Assembly: GCA_033791225.1 (NCBI GenBank)
Contig: JASJHD010000008.1
Location: 189,814 to 253,813, forward strand
DNA from: Crocinitomicaceae bacterium
GTDB taxonomy: Bacteria; Bacteroidota; Bacteroidia; Flavobacteriales_D; Crocinitomicaceae
Direction: 5' to 3'
DNA length: 64,000 nt
In this document: one piece after another, positions 28,724 to 38,067 of the stretch
Numbering within the stretch: position 1 is the first letter of the stretch
How the letters are laid out: every line of letters starts with the position of its first letter
The notes under the pieces: model-generated
What the model saw: the letters and a program-made list of their open reading frames with translations, nothing else
Told to the model about the DNA's origin: nothing
Databases searched by the model: none
Position numbers and translations under genes: made by a program

Positions 28724-31000
28724 CTATAAACTCAATATCATTGCCTTCAATTCCTCCTCGTCTTCTCCGATTGGGTCAAACGATTTTGCAATTTTCTTAA
28801 GCTTAATCGCTGTCATTTCACCTTTGAACATTGAATCTCGTAGTAACAATCCAAAGGACGCTACAAGATTTACCAATTCTCCCTCTAGAACTTCTTGATC
28901 TTCTCTTAAGGTGAAGTTCCGCTCAACGCTTGACGTATCTTCAAACGACTTATAGCGGAGTCGAACGTACGCCAATTCTCCATCACCTGCAGTTACTCGG
29001 GTTCGTGTAAAATGTGTTCTCTCACGATCTGCATCTCCTAATTTAATTTCATACACGGCAGTAACACTATGGTTGTAGCCTATTTCTCCCGCATCCTTGG
29101 TGTCGTCTTCAAAATCTTTTGGCTTCAACATTCTGTTTTCGTAGCCGATCAAACGGTACTCTGTAACAAGGTTAGGGTTGAATTCAACGTTCAGTTTTAC
29201 ATCTCGAGCAATATTGATTAGGTTTCCAACTTCATCCACCAATACTCGTTTACATTCTTTCATATCACCAATATAAAAGTGGTTACCATCTCCTCTGTCA
29301 GCCAAAGACTCCAAGATATCATCGCGTAAGTTCCCCATTCCAAATCCCAAGGCTGTAAGGTAAATTCCTGAACCTCTTTTTTGCGCTATATACTTTTCAA
29401 GGTCACCTGTATTACTGATCCCAATATTAAAATCTCCGTCTGTACAAAGTATAATTCTATTGTTCAATTCAGGATCGTAGTTCTCTGCAGCCACTGCGTA
29501 CGCTGTTTGAATTCCTCCAGCTCCATCCGTTCCCCCTTCAGCATAAAGTGCATCAATGCGACCAATAATGGAATCTTTGTCTTCACACAATATTGATCCA
29601 AGAAGGATTTCTACACGGCCTGAATATGTGACAATTGCGACACGGTCAGTTGGTTCTAAGGTTTTAACAAAGCTTATCAAACCTTTCTTCACTAACTCCA
29701 ACTTATTGGAAGATCCCATTGAGCCTGAAACATCTACTAAAAACACAAAATTATGAGACATTCTTGGAGCATTACTTGGCATGTCACGTGCTTGAAGATG
29801 AATTGTGACCAACTGGCTCTCTTCATTCCATGCACACGTTGAACGCTCTATTTCTATCTGCATCAATTCATTCTCTGGCACCTCTATTTTCTTGTACTTA
29901 AATGCATTGATCATTTCTTCCATTCTCACCGCATCGCGACTAATTAATGCGCGTTCCGAAAATCGTTTTTTTACATAGGTCCATGAAGCTCTGTCTACAT
30001 CTACTCCAAAGGTTGAATTCGGATGCACAACGGTTGACTGAAAATCATTCTCATAAATGGAAGCAAAACGATCCAGATTTAACGATGGTCGTGGTACATA
30101 TGCTGGCGTATCATCATAGGAATTCGCAACTGCTCGACTATCATATACTCCCATTGGGGCATCATATGAACGCGTTTCAACAGCTATCACTCCCCCTGTT
30201 AAATCTCCATAATTCGCAGGTACTCCTCCAGCATATACTGTAACTGAGTTAATCGTTGATTTAGGGATTCCGTACATATCTGTTACGCGCACACCATCTA
30301 AATAATACGCGGACGCATCCGCTCTCGACCCACGGATATAAAGGTCTTGACTTAGTTCATTTTGATAGACCCCACCAACTGTTCCTGCGATACTATTTAC
30401 AGAACGCATGGGCAAGCTCTGGATATCACTTCTGCTAATCGTCAACAAGTTCAGTGCAATCATACCACCACTAAGCCTATTTGCTCTGGTACTTGAGCTA
30501 ACGCTCATTTCATTGATCTGCTGAACTCCAGCTAGAACGGAAATGTCATTGACCGAACCTACGTTAGGAACCCTCGTAACTGAGGCTAATCCCCTCGATT
30601 CTGATAGAACCACGTCCTCTGTTATTACAATTTCTTCTCCTTGATTGCCGATTACAAAATCGTTCGATTCTTCCTCATTATTTACAAGACTACCTTGCTC
30701 AACTTCAATAACCACCTGAAACAATTGACCGTCTTGGATGAACGCTTGTCGCAAATCAACAGTGCCGTCACTAAGAGCTATTTGCAATTCGACCATACCG
30801 ACAGGTAAACCCGAAAAGCGAACACGTCCGTGCTTATCTGTGCTTTCTGCGGCGAGAATAATTGTGTCTTTCTTTATTTCTACCAGTGTCTGAACAGAAT
30901 TTCCAGTTTGTTCGTTTAAGCAGCGAACAGCCAGACTCCCAGTTTGAGCAAATGATTGAATTGAGAATAAAAATCCGAAAACTAAGCATGTATATTTCAT
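28724..31000 (-). CDS. YfbK-like von Willebrand factor A protein with N-terminal CarboxypepD_reg-like and TonB-plug-like domains
   Basis: Signal peptide, then a GSLAVRCLNEQTGNSV...GRVRFSGLPVG beta-sandwich and a plug-like stretch (SDIQSLPMRSVNSIAGTVGGV...LYIRGSRADASAYYLDGVRV...GGVIAVETRS). The vWA MIDAS motif is FVFLVDVSGSM. The C-terminal part resembles DUF3520. Confidence 0.8.
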   Translation of the reverse strand: MKYTCLVFGFLFSIQSFAQTGSLAVRCLNEQTGNSVQTLVEIKKDTIILAAESTDKHGRVRFSGLPVGMVELQIALSDGTVDLRQAFIQDGQLFQVVIEVEQGSLVNNEEESNDFVIGNQGEEIVITEDVVLSESRGLASVTRVPNVGSVNDISVLAGVQQINEMSVSSSTRANRLSGGMIALNLLTISRSDIQSLPMRSVNSIAGTVGGVYQNELSQDLYIRGSRADASAYYLDGVRVTDMYGIPKSTINSVTVYAGGVPANYGDLTGGVIAVETRSYDAPMGVYDSRAVANSYDDTPAYVPRPSLNLDRFASIYENDFQSTVVHPNSTFGVDVDRASWTYVKKRFSERALISRDAVRMEEMINAFKYKKIEVPENELMQIEIERSTCAWNEESQLVTIHLQARDMPSNAPRMSHNFVFLVDVSGSMGSSNKLELVKKGLISFVKTLEPTDRVAIVTYSGRVEILLGSILCEDKDSIIGRIDALYAEGGTDGAGGIQTAYAVAAENYDPELNNRIILCTDGDFNIGISNTGDLEKYIAQKRGSGIYLTALGFGMGNLRDDILESLADRGDGNHFYIGDMKECKRVLVDEVGNLINIARDVKLNVEFNPNLVTEYRLIGYENRMLKPKDFEDDTKDAGEIGYNHSVTAVYEIKLGDADRERTHFTRTRVTAGDGELAYVRLRYKSFEDTSSVERNFTLREDQEVLEGELVNLVASFGLLLRDSMFKGEMTAIKLKKIAKSFDPIGEDEEELKAMILSL

Positions 31001-31148
31001 AAGCGGTTGTTTGTACTAGGATGCTAGTACACTACCTATTCCATAAAGTTCATCCAATTCAGAATAAAGTATGAGTGAGGATGTTTTAAGAGTAAGGGAA
31101 TCATACTTCAAGACGTAAACACTATGTTAAGAGAAATGTGTTTTATCC

Positions 31149-31395
31149 ACCACAAGGGCACTAAGACACAAGGACGTTGTCGGTTCTAGGCACAAGTTCA
31201 ACCAAGTTGATCGGTAATAACTGATCTCGAATCAGTGTTAAAATATAATTGTGTTTCGCTTTAGCGGAATTGCGGCTTTGCGGTCGATAAACCACGATGA
31301 GTAATTGACCACAAGGGCACCAAGCCACAAATTTTCCGTTCGTTTTAGGCACAAGCTTGACAATGTTGGTCGAAAGACCCTGATCCTAAATCGTG
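31149..31395. repeat. Two imperfect ~88-nt direct repeats 159 bp apart in the vWA/pgk intergenic region
   Basis: Copy A (31149-31237) and copy B (31308-31395) share ACCACAAGGGCAC[TC]AAG[AC]CACAA ... TAGGCACAAG[TC]T..AC.A.GTTG.TCG ... CTGATC. Identity is roughly 70% by eye. Copy B abuts the pgk stop codon. Confidence 0.6.
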
Positions 31396-31396
31396 A

Positions 31397-32593
31397 TTAG
31401 CTCTCACGAATTGCCTTGATGCCTGGAAGTTCTTTCCCCTCCAGGTATTCTAGCATTGCACCACCGCCTGTAGAAACGTGGCTGACCTTGTCTGCTAAAT
31501 TAAATTTGTTAATTGCTGCTACAGAATCTCCACCTCCAATCAATGAGTAAGCACCATTACTTGTGGCATCAACAATTGCTTGGGCTACTCCTAATGTTCC
31601 TGTTTGAAAATTCTCCATTTCGAAAACACCCATTGGGCCATTCCACAGAATCACTTTTGATGCTTTGATTAGCACCTCACACTCTTTCAGGGTTTTAGCT
31701 CCCACATCCAATCCCATCCAACCATCAGGAATTTCATTGATGTTTACCTCAGCACGATTTGCATCATTGCTAAATGCGTCTGCAATAACTGTATCTGTAG
31801 GAATTAATAAACGAACGCCTTTTGTTTCGGCAGCCTTCATGATTTTTTTCGCGACATCAATACAATCATCTTCTACCAAAGAGTTTCCAACTTTACCACC
31901 ATTCGCCTTTACGAAAGTATAAGCCATTCCACCACCAATAATGATGTTATCAACCTTGTCCAATAATCGCTCAATGATGGTGATTTTAGAAGATACTTTT
32001 GCCCCTCCAACGATCGCTGTTACGGGCTTATACGTACTGTTCAAAACCTTGTCTACGCTTTTAATCTCTGCTTCAATTAAGAACCCGAACATTTTATCAT
32101 TTGGGAAGAACTTGGCCACAACTGTTGTACTTGCATGGGCTCTGTGAGCTGTTCCAAAAGCATCGTTTACAAACACATCTCCGTGCTTTGCCAATTGTTC
32201 TGCAAAACTTTCCGTCCCAGTTGTCTCATGTTTGTAGTAACGCACATTTTCCAAGATCATCACTTCTCCAGGCTGCAGGTCTGCACTCATTTCTAATCCT
32301 CCTGAACCAATGCAATCTCCACCAAACTTTACATCTACTCCAAGTACTTGAGAAGTATGTTCAATGATATTTTTCAATGAAAATCGAGGCTCGCTACCAT
32401 CTTTTGGCCGACCCAAATGTGACATCAATACAATACTTCCACCTTTTCCAAGAATGTGCTTAATTGTTGGAACCGCTGCTCTAATTCGAGTATCATCGGT
32501 TATTTCTAATGTTTCCTTGTTCAATGGAACGTTGAAATCAACACGAATAAGTGCTCTCTTTCCTGAAAAGTCGTACGAATGAATGTCTTGCAT
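31397..32593 (-). CDS. pgk: Phosphoglycerate kinase
   Basis: Matches PGK along its full length ([16 protein letters not shown]-type, [27 protein letters not shown]). The start was moved from TTG 32617 to ATG 32593 ([13 protein letters not shown]). Confidence 0.97.
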   Translation of the reverse strand: MQDIHSYDFSGKRALIRVDFNVPLNKETLEITDDTRIRAAVPTIKHILGKGGSIVLMSHLGRPKDGSEPRFSLKNIIEHTSQVLGVDVKFGGDCIGSGGLEMSADLQPGEVMILENVRYYKHETTGTESFAEQLAKHGDVFVNDAFGTAHRAHASTTVVAKFFPNDKMFGFLIEAEIKSVDKVLNSTYKPVTAIVGGAKVSSKITIIERLLDKVDNIIIGGGMAYTFVKANGGKVGNSLVEDDCIDVAKKIMKAAETKGVRLLIPTDTVIADAFSNDANRAEVNINEIPDGWMGLDVGAKTLKECEVLIKASKVILWNGPMGVFEMENFQTGTLGVAQAIVDATSNGAYSLIGGGDSVAAINKFNLADKVSHVSTGGGAMLEYLEGKELPGIKAIRES

Positions 32594-32614
32594 GTATAGC
32601 TGTTTTTGTGGTGA

Positions 32615-32622
32615 CAAATTTA
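32615..32622 (-). promoter_or_regulatory. Candidate -7 box (TAAATTTG on minus strand) for pgk
   Basis: The + strand reads CAAATTTA, 21 nt upstream of ATG 32593. It overlaps the TTG of the longer track ORF, which supports the shorter start. Confidence 0.35.
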
Positions 32623-32724
32623 GTGAAATTTCAATGGTTCAAGGTGCGAACAAATCGATTAATTGATCCTTGGAAAAATTCAACTTTCAATCAATTGGAT
32701 CGATGAAACTACTATCTTTATCTC

Positions 32725-34110
32725 GTGTCAGATCAGCCCCAAATATTTACACTTAGACAAGTCGTTTCTTCCATTCGTAAAACAATCGAGGAACGTTATA
32801 ACCGTGAATATTGGGTAAAGGCAGAAATGCACAAGCTTGGTCAAACTAGGAGTGGACATTGCTACCCAGAGCTGGTGCAAAAAGAAGATGGGAAAATCGT
32901 AGCAGAAATGCGAGGAACTATCTGGGCACATCAATTCGAAAGGATTAACGAACGATTTATCAAAGTCGTAAAAGAACCTTTAAAAGAAGACACTACTTTA
33001 TTGATGAAGGTCAAAGTGAGTTTTCACGAAATTTACGGAATGAGCCTGCAGATTCTGGACATTGATCCGAATTACGCACTTGGAGAATTACAACGCGAAC
33101 GGACTGAAACACTCAAGCGATTGCAAAAAGATGGCTTGTTAGACGCCAACCAAAAAGTAGCGTTTCCAATGTTGCCTAAACGAGTGGCAGTCATCAGTGC
33201 AGAGTCAAGTAAAGGTCTTTCAGACTTCATGCAAGTAATTGAACAGAATACCTGGAATTACACCTTCTTTACAATGCTGTTCCCTGCGACTTTACAGGGT
33301 GATCAAGCCGAGCATACAATCATTGCACAACTTGAAAAAATTAAACGTGTAAGAGATCATTTTGATATCGTTGTTATCGTTCGGGGTGGTGGTGGTGAAG
33401 TAGGCATGTCGTGCTATAACAATTACAACCTATGTAAAGCAATCGCTTCTTTTCCTTTGCCTGTTCTAACGGGTATTGGGCACTCTACCAACCTCACCGT
33501 TGCCGAAATGATTTCGTTCAGAAACGCTATTACTCCAACCGAACTCGGAGAATTTTTAATTCAGGCGTTTCACAATTTTTCAGTTCCGCTAAAGGACGCG
33601 GCAAAAAGTATACGTGTACACACTAAAAACTTATTGGATCAGGAACGTTCCCTTTTCTCACAAGCTTCGCAAGGATTTAAGCATTCAACTCAACATTATC
33701 TTACATCAAATAACCACTCTCTTGTTAATCTGGGAAAATCTTTAAAATCCAGTGTACATGATTCTTTACATCATCGAAGAGAGCGACTTGGACGGATAGC
33801 CCAACAATCGACTGGAGCCACGAAAATTGTCTTCCAAAAACACCATTCCTTATTGGACCAAACGCTACGCGAATTACCAATTCACGGCAAGACCATTTTA
33901 AAGGATGCGCGAGTGAACCTTGAAAACATTGAACAGTCTATTCGACTCATGAACCCAAAAAATGTATTGCTACGTGGCTACTCAATTACGACCATCAATG
34001 GGAAAAGCGTTTCAGAACAAAATGATATTGAAGTAGGTGATGAAATCCTTACGAAAACTGCAGATTTTGACTTGACTTCCACGGTGAAATCAAAAAAAGA
34101 CGCAAATTAA
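32725..34110 (+). CDS. xseA: Exodeoxyribonuclease VII large subunit
   Basis: GTG start. OB-fold N-part (YWVKAEMHKL.....GHCYPEL), catalytic core (VAVISAESSKGLSDF...IVRGGGG....CYNNY.L..AIA....PVLTGIGH) and a long coiled-coil tail. Confidence 0.92.
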   Translation: MSDQPQIFTLRQVVSSIRKTIEERYNREYWVKAEMHKLGQTRSGHCYPELVQKEDGKIVAEMRGTIWAHQFERINERFIKVVKEPLKEDTTLLMKVKVSFHEIYGMSLQILDIDPNYALGELQRERTETLKRLQKDGLLDANQKVAFPMLPKRVAVISAESSKGLSDFMQVIEQNTWNYTFFTMLFPATLQGDQAEHTIIAQLEKIKRVRDHFDIVVIVRGGGGEVGMSCYNNYNLCKAIASFPLPVLTGIGHSTNLTVAEMISFRNAITPTELGEFLIQAFHNFSVPLKDAAKSIRVHTKNLLDQERSLFSQASQGFKHSTQHYLTSNNHSLVNLGKSLKSSVHDSLHHRRERLGRIAQQSTGATKIVFQKHHSLLDQTLRELPIHGKTILKDARVNLENIEQSIRLMNPKNVLLRGYSITTINGKSVSEQNDIEVGDEILTKTADFDLTSTVKSKKDAN

Positions 34111-35837
34111 TTTGCGAAGATCATTCGTTTTGTGCTGACTACAATCCCGTCCACAACAAGAGAATACGAATAGATTCCTGTTGCTCCGTATCCATGTTCA
34201 TACACAACATCATTTAACTGTTTATTTAGATCAATTGGCAAGGCCTTTACGATACTTCCATTAAAATCGCGCACCACAATCTCCGCACGTTTGTAATCAT
34301 TTGCATCAGTGACATGCACAGAAATTATTGTTGACTCATCAAAAGGGTTTGGCCGATTTTGTAAGAGCTCATAATTTGCTTTTGGAAGGTCTAGCTCATC
34401 TGTTTCCAACCAACCACTGTAGACAGAAACTTCATTTGAAAATAAACTTTCCACCCCACTGCTATCCACACTTGCTACACTTAAGAAATTCCAATTCGCT
34501 GGGTCAACTTGTAGTGTTGCAACCAAATTATTCGTTGTATATACAGTGTCCCAATCGTTGTCTACTGTTCTCAATGCCATTCTGTATTGTGGATACTGTG
34601 TTTCTGTAGTGATCGTGAGTGTGATGGTAGTATCCGTGTAAGAAATCATTTGAAAGTCAGGAGTTCTTGGTCCAATCGCTACCATTGCTGAGGCAACACC
34701 ATTTATTACAGCGTTCCTTCCCAAATAATTGAAGTCAACAAAGAAGCTATCAATGATCTGGTCACCATTGGTATCGATCCCTAAAATGTCATCACTTGTA
34801 TGTTGTCTATCACTATATCCTGGCGCATTGGATGCGTCACCATGTTCATTTGCGGAGGTCGTCCGAATCGCTGTAAATCCATCTTCGCGAAACGGGATAT
34901 GATCTCCACCTCTTCCCGTTCGGTCTTCAGCACTCATGATGTGAATTGCCATTTGAATTGTCACCAACTGAAGCAACTCTTCCTTGTATTGCAACTTGGT
35001 GTATCGTGCCAATTGTTTGTGCTGTGTGTTACTTCCTTTAGAAAATAACCTGACAGCCAAGCTATCAACATCATTCAATCCAGGACATGATGGTGCAGAG
35101 GATGTTTGTCCACAGATGACGCCACCTACAACATCATTGTTAAACACTGCCTTGATTGGAAGTGAGTTGTCTACAGAATACTGTGAGAATGCATTAGCTC
35201 CATACAGTCCTTGTTCTTCACCGATGGTCAACATAAAAACAATCGTGTTGTTATATGTGTACTTACTCATGACCCTAGCGAGTTCAAGTACCAAGGCACT
35301 TCCTGTTGCATTGTCCTCCATGCCTTGCGCCAAACATGCCGTATCACATGAAACATCACATCGGCTATCAAAATGCCCTTCTATTATAATTACCTGATGA
35401 TTGGATGTGTCTCTTCCTGGCAACACCGCAAATATATTTCTGTGCTGTGCCATTGCACAGATGTCTTGATCGAATTGTAAATAGGAAACAATTAATCGAT
35501 TTTCACTTGCCGCACTAAATGAAAGGAATTTATCATACGCCCATCGTCTTGCCGCTCCAATTCCGCTGGTAGTAGAAACCGTGTCAGACCCTGTGTTACG
35601 CGTGTTAAACTCACCCATTCTAACGATGTAGGCCATTAATGAATCTGCATTGACATTGTCATTAATTCCTTGAGTTAAAGCAGTCTTTGAGTCTATTACC
35701 GTGGTAGCCTGATAATTAGAAGGAGTATAGTTCCCATGCACTATCGCCTCAGCTTCAGGATTAGTTATTAGAATGTTGTTCTGCGAAATTCCAATTGCAC
35801 TGCTTCCCAAGAAACAGATAAGTAGAATGTTTTTCAT
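34107..35837 (-). CDS. M28 family metallopeptidase with T9SS type-A C-terminal domain
   Basis: The signal peptide starts at ATG 35837 (MKNILLICFLGSSAIGISQ); the track start at 35873 is TTG. M28 metal ligands are in context (IIEGHFDS, DNATGSALVLELARV, EEQGLYGANAF, NNDVVG). The CTD is NRPNPFDESTII...GIYSYSLVVDG. Confidence 0.85.
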   Translation of the reverse strand: MKNILLICFLGSSAIGISQNNILITNPEAEAIVHGNYTPSNYQATTVIDSKTALTQGINDNVNADSLMAYIVRMGEFNTRNTGSDTVSTTSGIGAARRWAYDKFLSFSAASENRLIVSYLQFDQDICAMAQHRNIFAVLPGRDTSNHQVIIIEGHFDSRCDVSCDTACLAQGMEDNATGSALVLELARVMSKYTYNNTIVFMLTIGEEQGLYGANAFSQYSVDNSLPIKAVFNNDVVGGVICGQTSSAPSCPGLNDVDSLAVRLFSKGSNTQHKQLARYTKLQYKEELLQLVTIQMAIHIMSAEDRTGRGGDHIPFREDGFTAIRTTSANEHGDASNAPGYSDRQHTSDDILGIDTNGDQIIDSFFVDFNYLGRNAVINGVASAMVAIGPRTPDFQMISYTDTTITLTITTETQYPQYRMALRTVDNDWDTVYTTNNLVATLQVDPANWNFLSVASVDSSGVESLFSNEVSVYSGWLETDELDLPKANYELLQNRPNPFDESTIISVHVTDANDYKRAEIVVRDFNGSIVKALPIDLNKQLNDVVYEHGYGATGIYSYSLVVDGIVVSTKRMIFAN

Positions 35838-35926
35838 AGAGAATCTTTGTAGAAAAGTACGAAAATTTGGCAAGAAGGACTACTTTTAGTCTCAAGGACC
35901 CACCCGTTTATAAATTATTGAATCAG

Positions 35927-36124
35927 ATGAGTAAAGACGCAACTTATACGGAAGCATTTGAAGAGTTACAGCAAATTGTTGCGGACATTGAAGATGGAGA
36001 AATCTCTGTCGACGAGCTCAGTATTCGTGTGAAACGTGCTGCAGAACTTATTAAGATTTGCAAAACGAAACTCTCATCTACAGAAGAAGATGTTTCTAAG
36101 ATATTGAAGGAACTAGAGGAGTAG
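35927..36124 (+). CDS. xseB: Exodeoxyribonuclease VII small subunit
   Basis: The 65-aa helical protein MSKDATYTEAFEELQQIVADIEDGEISVDELSIRVKRAAELIKICKTKL is typical XseB. The track ORF (35867) is a TTG extension that overlaps the M28 gene region. Confidence 0.85.
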   Translation: MSKDATYTEAFEELQQIVADIEDGEISVDELSIRVKRAAELIKICKTKLSSTEEDVSKILKELEE

Positions 36125-36211
36125 GTCTCGACTTCTCTCGACCTACGTTAGATCATGGTGACAAGCAAGAAAAAGTAAGAGTTTTTAATCATCCGAGAGC
36201 ACCATTATACA

Positions 36212-36880
36212 TCAAAGGTCTTCCTCAAGCAATCGTCCAATATCATGAATCAAAGAATCGATGCTTGTAGGTGAGGTTCCGTCATAATATCCTCGAATTC
36301 TACTTTTTCTGTCCACCAGGACAAAGTTATTGGTATGAATAAAATCACTGCCTGCATCTCCTAGGTTTTGAGCTTCAGCTGGTTTTAAAACGAAGTATGA
36401 TTTTCGAGCGAGTCCATATAAATTCTCCTTTGTTCCTGTTAAAAAGTGCCACTGATTACTGTTCGCTCCATGTTCATCAGCATAGCGCTTCATTTGCTCA
36501 ACTGTATCAACATCTGGATCAACAGTATAACTTAATATTTTAAGATCTTTTTCGTATTGATAGACTTTATGAACGCGCTGCATTTGCTCATTCATGATTG
36601 GGCAGATTGATTTACATGTGGTGAAAAAATATTCTGCTACATAGACCTTTCCATCAACCTCTAAGTTTGTAATTGTTTCCCCATCCTGATTAGTGAACAA
36701 GAATTCTCCAATTGTATGACCATACCCTTGACGCTCCATCAAAAGATCAAAATCAACCATTTCAGGTTCCAAATCTACAGGGTTAATTACTGGCAACAAT
36801 CCTTCACTCGGCTGAATCATGAAGTACGTGATTGTGATTCCAACGGTTAAGAATACAACGAAGAAGATGAACTTGTTCAT
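36212..36880 (-). CDS. SCO1/SenC family thioredoxin-fold copper chaperone
   Basis: N-terminal TM helix, the CxxxC motif in FFTTCKSICP, and a downstream His (DFIHTNNFVLVD). Confidence 0.85.
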   Translation of the reverse strand: MNKFIFFVVFLTVGITITYFMIQPSEGLLPVINPVDLEPEMVDFDLLMERQGYGHTIGEFLFTNQDGETITNLEVDGKVYVAEYFFTTCKSICPIMNEQMQRVHKVYQYEKDLKILSYTVDPDVDTVEQMKRYADEHGANSNQWHFLTGTKENLYGLARKSYFVLKPAEAQNLGDAGSDFIHTNNFVLVDRKSRIRGYYDGTSPTSIDSLIHDIGRLLEEDL

Positions 36881-36937
36881 AGAACAAAGTTAGCCTTTCT
36901 AAAATCATTATTACTTTTAGAGATCAAAGAAAATAAT

Positions 36938-37987
36938 ATGTCAATAAATACAGATTTACTCAATAAAATATGCACTACACCAGGTGCTCCAGGATTCGAA
37001 CAACAAGTAAGAGAGCTTGTTATCAAGGAGGTAAAAGACCTCGTGGATGAAGTGGAAGTAGATAACATGGGAAATGTTTACGCGATTAAACGAGGAACAG
37101 GAAACAAGAAAGTGATGATCGGAGCCCATATGGATGAAATCGGGTTTATCGTAACGCACATTGACGACAATGGATTTATACGTTTTCATACCCTCGGTGG
37201 ATTTGATCCAAAAACACTCACTGCTCAACGCGTTCTTGTTCACGGAAAGAAAGATGTAATTGGTGTAATGGCTTCTAAGCCCATCCATGTTATGACTGCC
37301 GACGAGCGAAATAAAGTGGCGAAAATCAAGGATTACTTTATTGATACAGGACTAAGTGCTGACGAAGTTAAAGAGCTTGTGACCATTGGGGATTCTATAA
37401 CCCGAGAGCGCGAATTTATTGAAATGGGGAATTGCGTAAATGGAAAATCATTGGATAACCGTTTGGCTGTTTTCATTCTCATCGAAACTCTACGAAATTT
37501 GAAGGACAAGAAGGTTCCTTATGATATTTACGGTGTATTCACTGTTCAAGAAGAAGTTGGAATTCGTGGAGCAAATGTATCAGCATTGCGCATCAATCCA
37601 GACTTTGGGTTTGGATTAGACACTACCATCGCTTTTGATTTACCAGGAGCAGCGAAACATGAAATGATTACTGAGCTTGGAAAAGGTACTGCTATTAAAT
37701 TGATGGATGCTTCAACTATTTGTGATTATCGCATGATCAATTACATGAAACAGACAGCCGACAAACATAAGATCACATGGCAACCAGAAATTCTCACAGC
37801 TGGCGGTACTGATACTGCAGGAATTCAGCGTATGACAGAAGGAGGATCAATTGCTGGGGCGATATCTATTCCTACACGCCACCTACATCAGGTGATTGAG
37901 ATGGCGAACAAAGACGACATTCAAGGAAGCATCGACTTATTGCAAGCATGTGTGTCTGACCTTGATAAATTTGATTGGAGTTTCTAA
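36938..37987 (+). CDS. M42 family peptidase (FrvX/glutamyl aminopeptidase-like)
   Basis: GAPGFE, IGAHMDEIGF, DNRLAV, QEEVGIRGA and GGTD motifs appear in M42 order. Confidence 0.88.
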   Translation: MSINTDLLNKICTTPGAPGFEQQVRELVIKEVKDLVDEVEVDNMGNVYAIKRGTGNKKVMIGAHMDEIGFIVTHIDDNGFIRFHTLGGFDPKTLTAQRVLVHGKKDVIGVMASKPIHVMTADERNKVAKIKDYFIDTGLSADEVKELVTIGDSITREREFIEMGNCVNGKSLDNRLAVFILIETLRNLKDKKVPYDIYGVFTVQEEVGIRGANVSALRINPDFGFGLDTTIAFDLPGAAKHEMITELGKGTAIKLMDASTICDYRMINYMKQTADKHKITWQPEILTAGGTDTAGIQRMTEGGSIAGAISIPTRHLHQVIEMANKDDIQGSIDLLQACVSDLDKFDWSF

Positions 37988-38067
37988 ACTCTTTTGTTAA
38001 ATAGTTCTTAACGCGTTACCCTTGGCACAGCCCTTGTAAAGTACAGGTCATACTAATTTTAAAACGT

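Noticed and set aside
31012-31029. Perfect 7-bp inverted repeat GTACTAG-GATG-CTAGTAC just upstream of the vWA gene start, as a possible operator
   Set aside because: It is a single short palindrome with no second copy and no adjacent regulator gene. The evidence is insufficient.
31161-31352. 63-aa minus-strand ORF in the vWA/pgk intergenic gap
   Set aside because: It spans the two imperfect DNA repeats, has no recognisable motif, signal or promoter box, and its composition looks like translated repeat DNA. I treated it as non-coding.
34984-35397. Antisense ORFs of 80-140 aa inside long CDSs (34984-35397 +, 52315-52737 +, 10601-10942 +, 44130-44525 +, 36956-37288 -)
   Set aside because: All lie wholly within longer, motif-supported genes on the opposite strand, and none carries a recognisable domain.
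36125-36150. GTAGGTC...GACCTAC hairpin after xseB as a terminator
   Set aside because: The stem is 7 bp with a 12-nt loop and no T-run. It is too weak to call.
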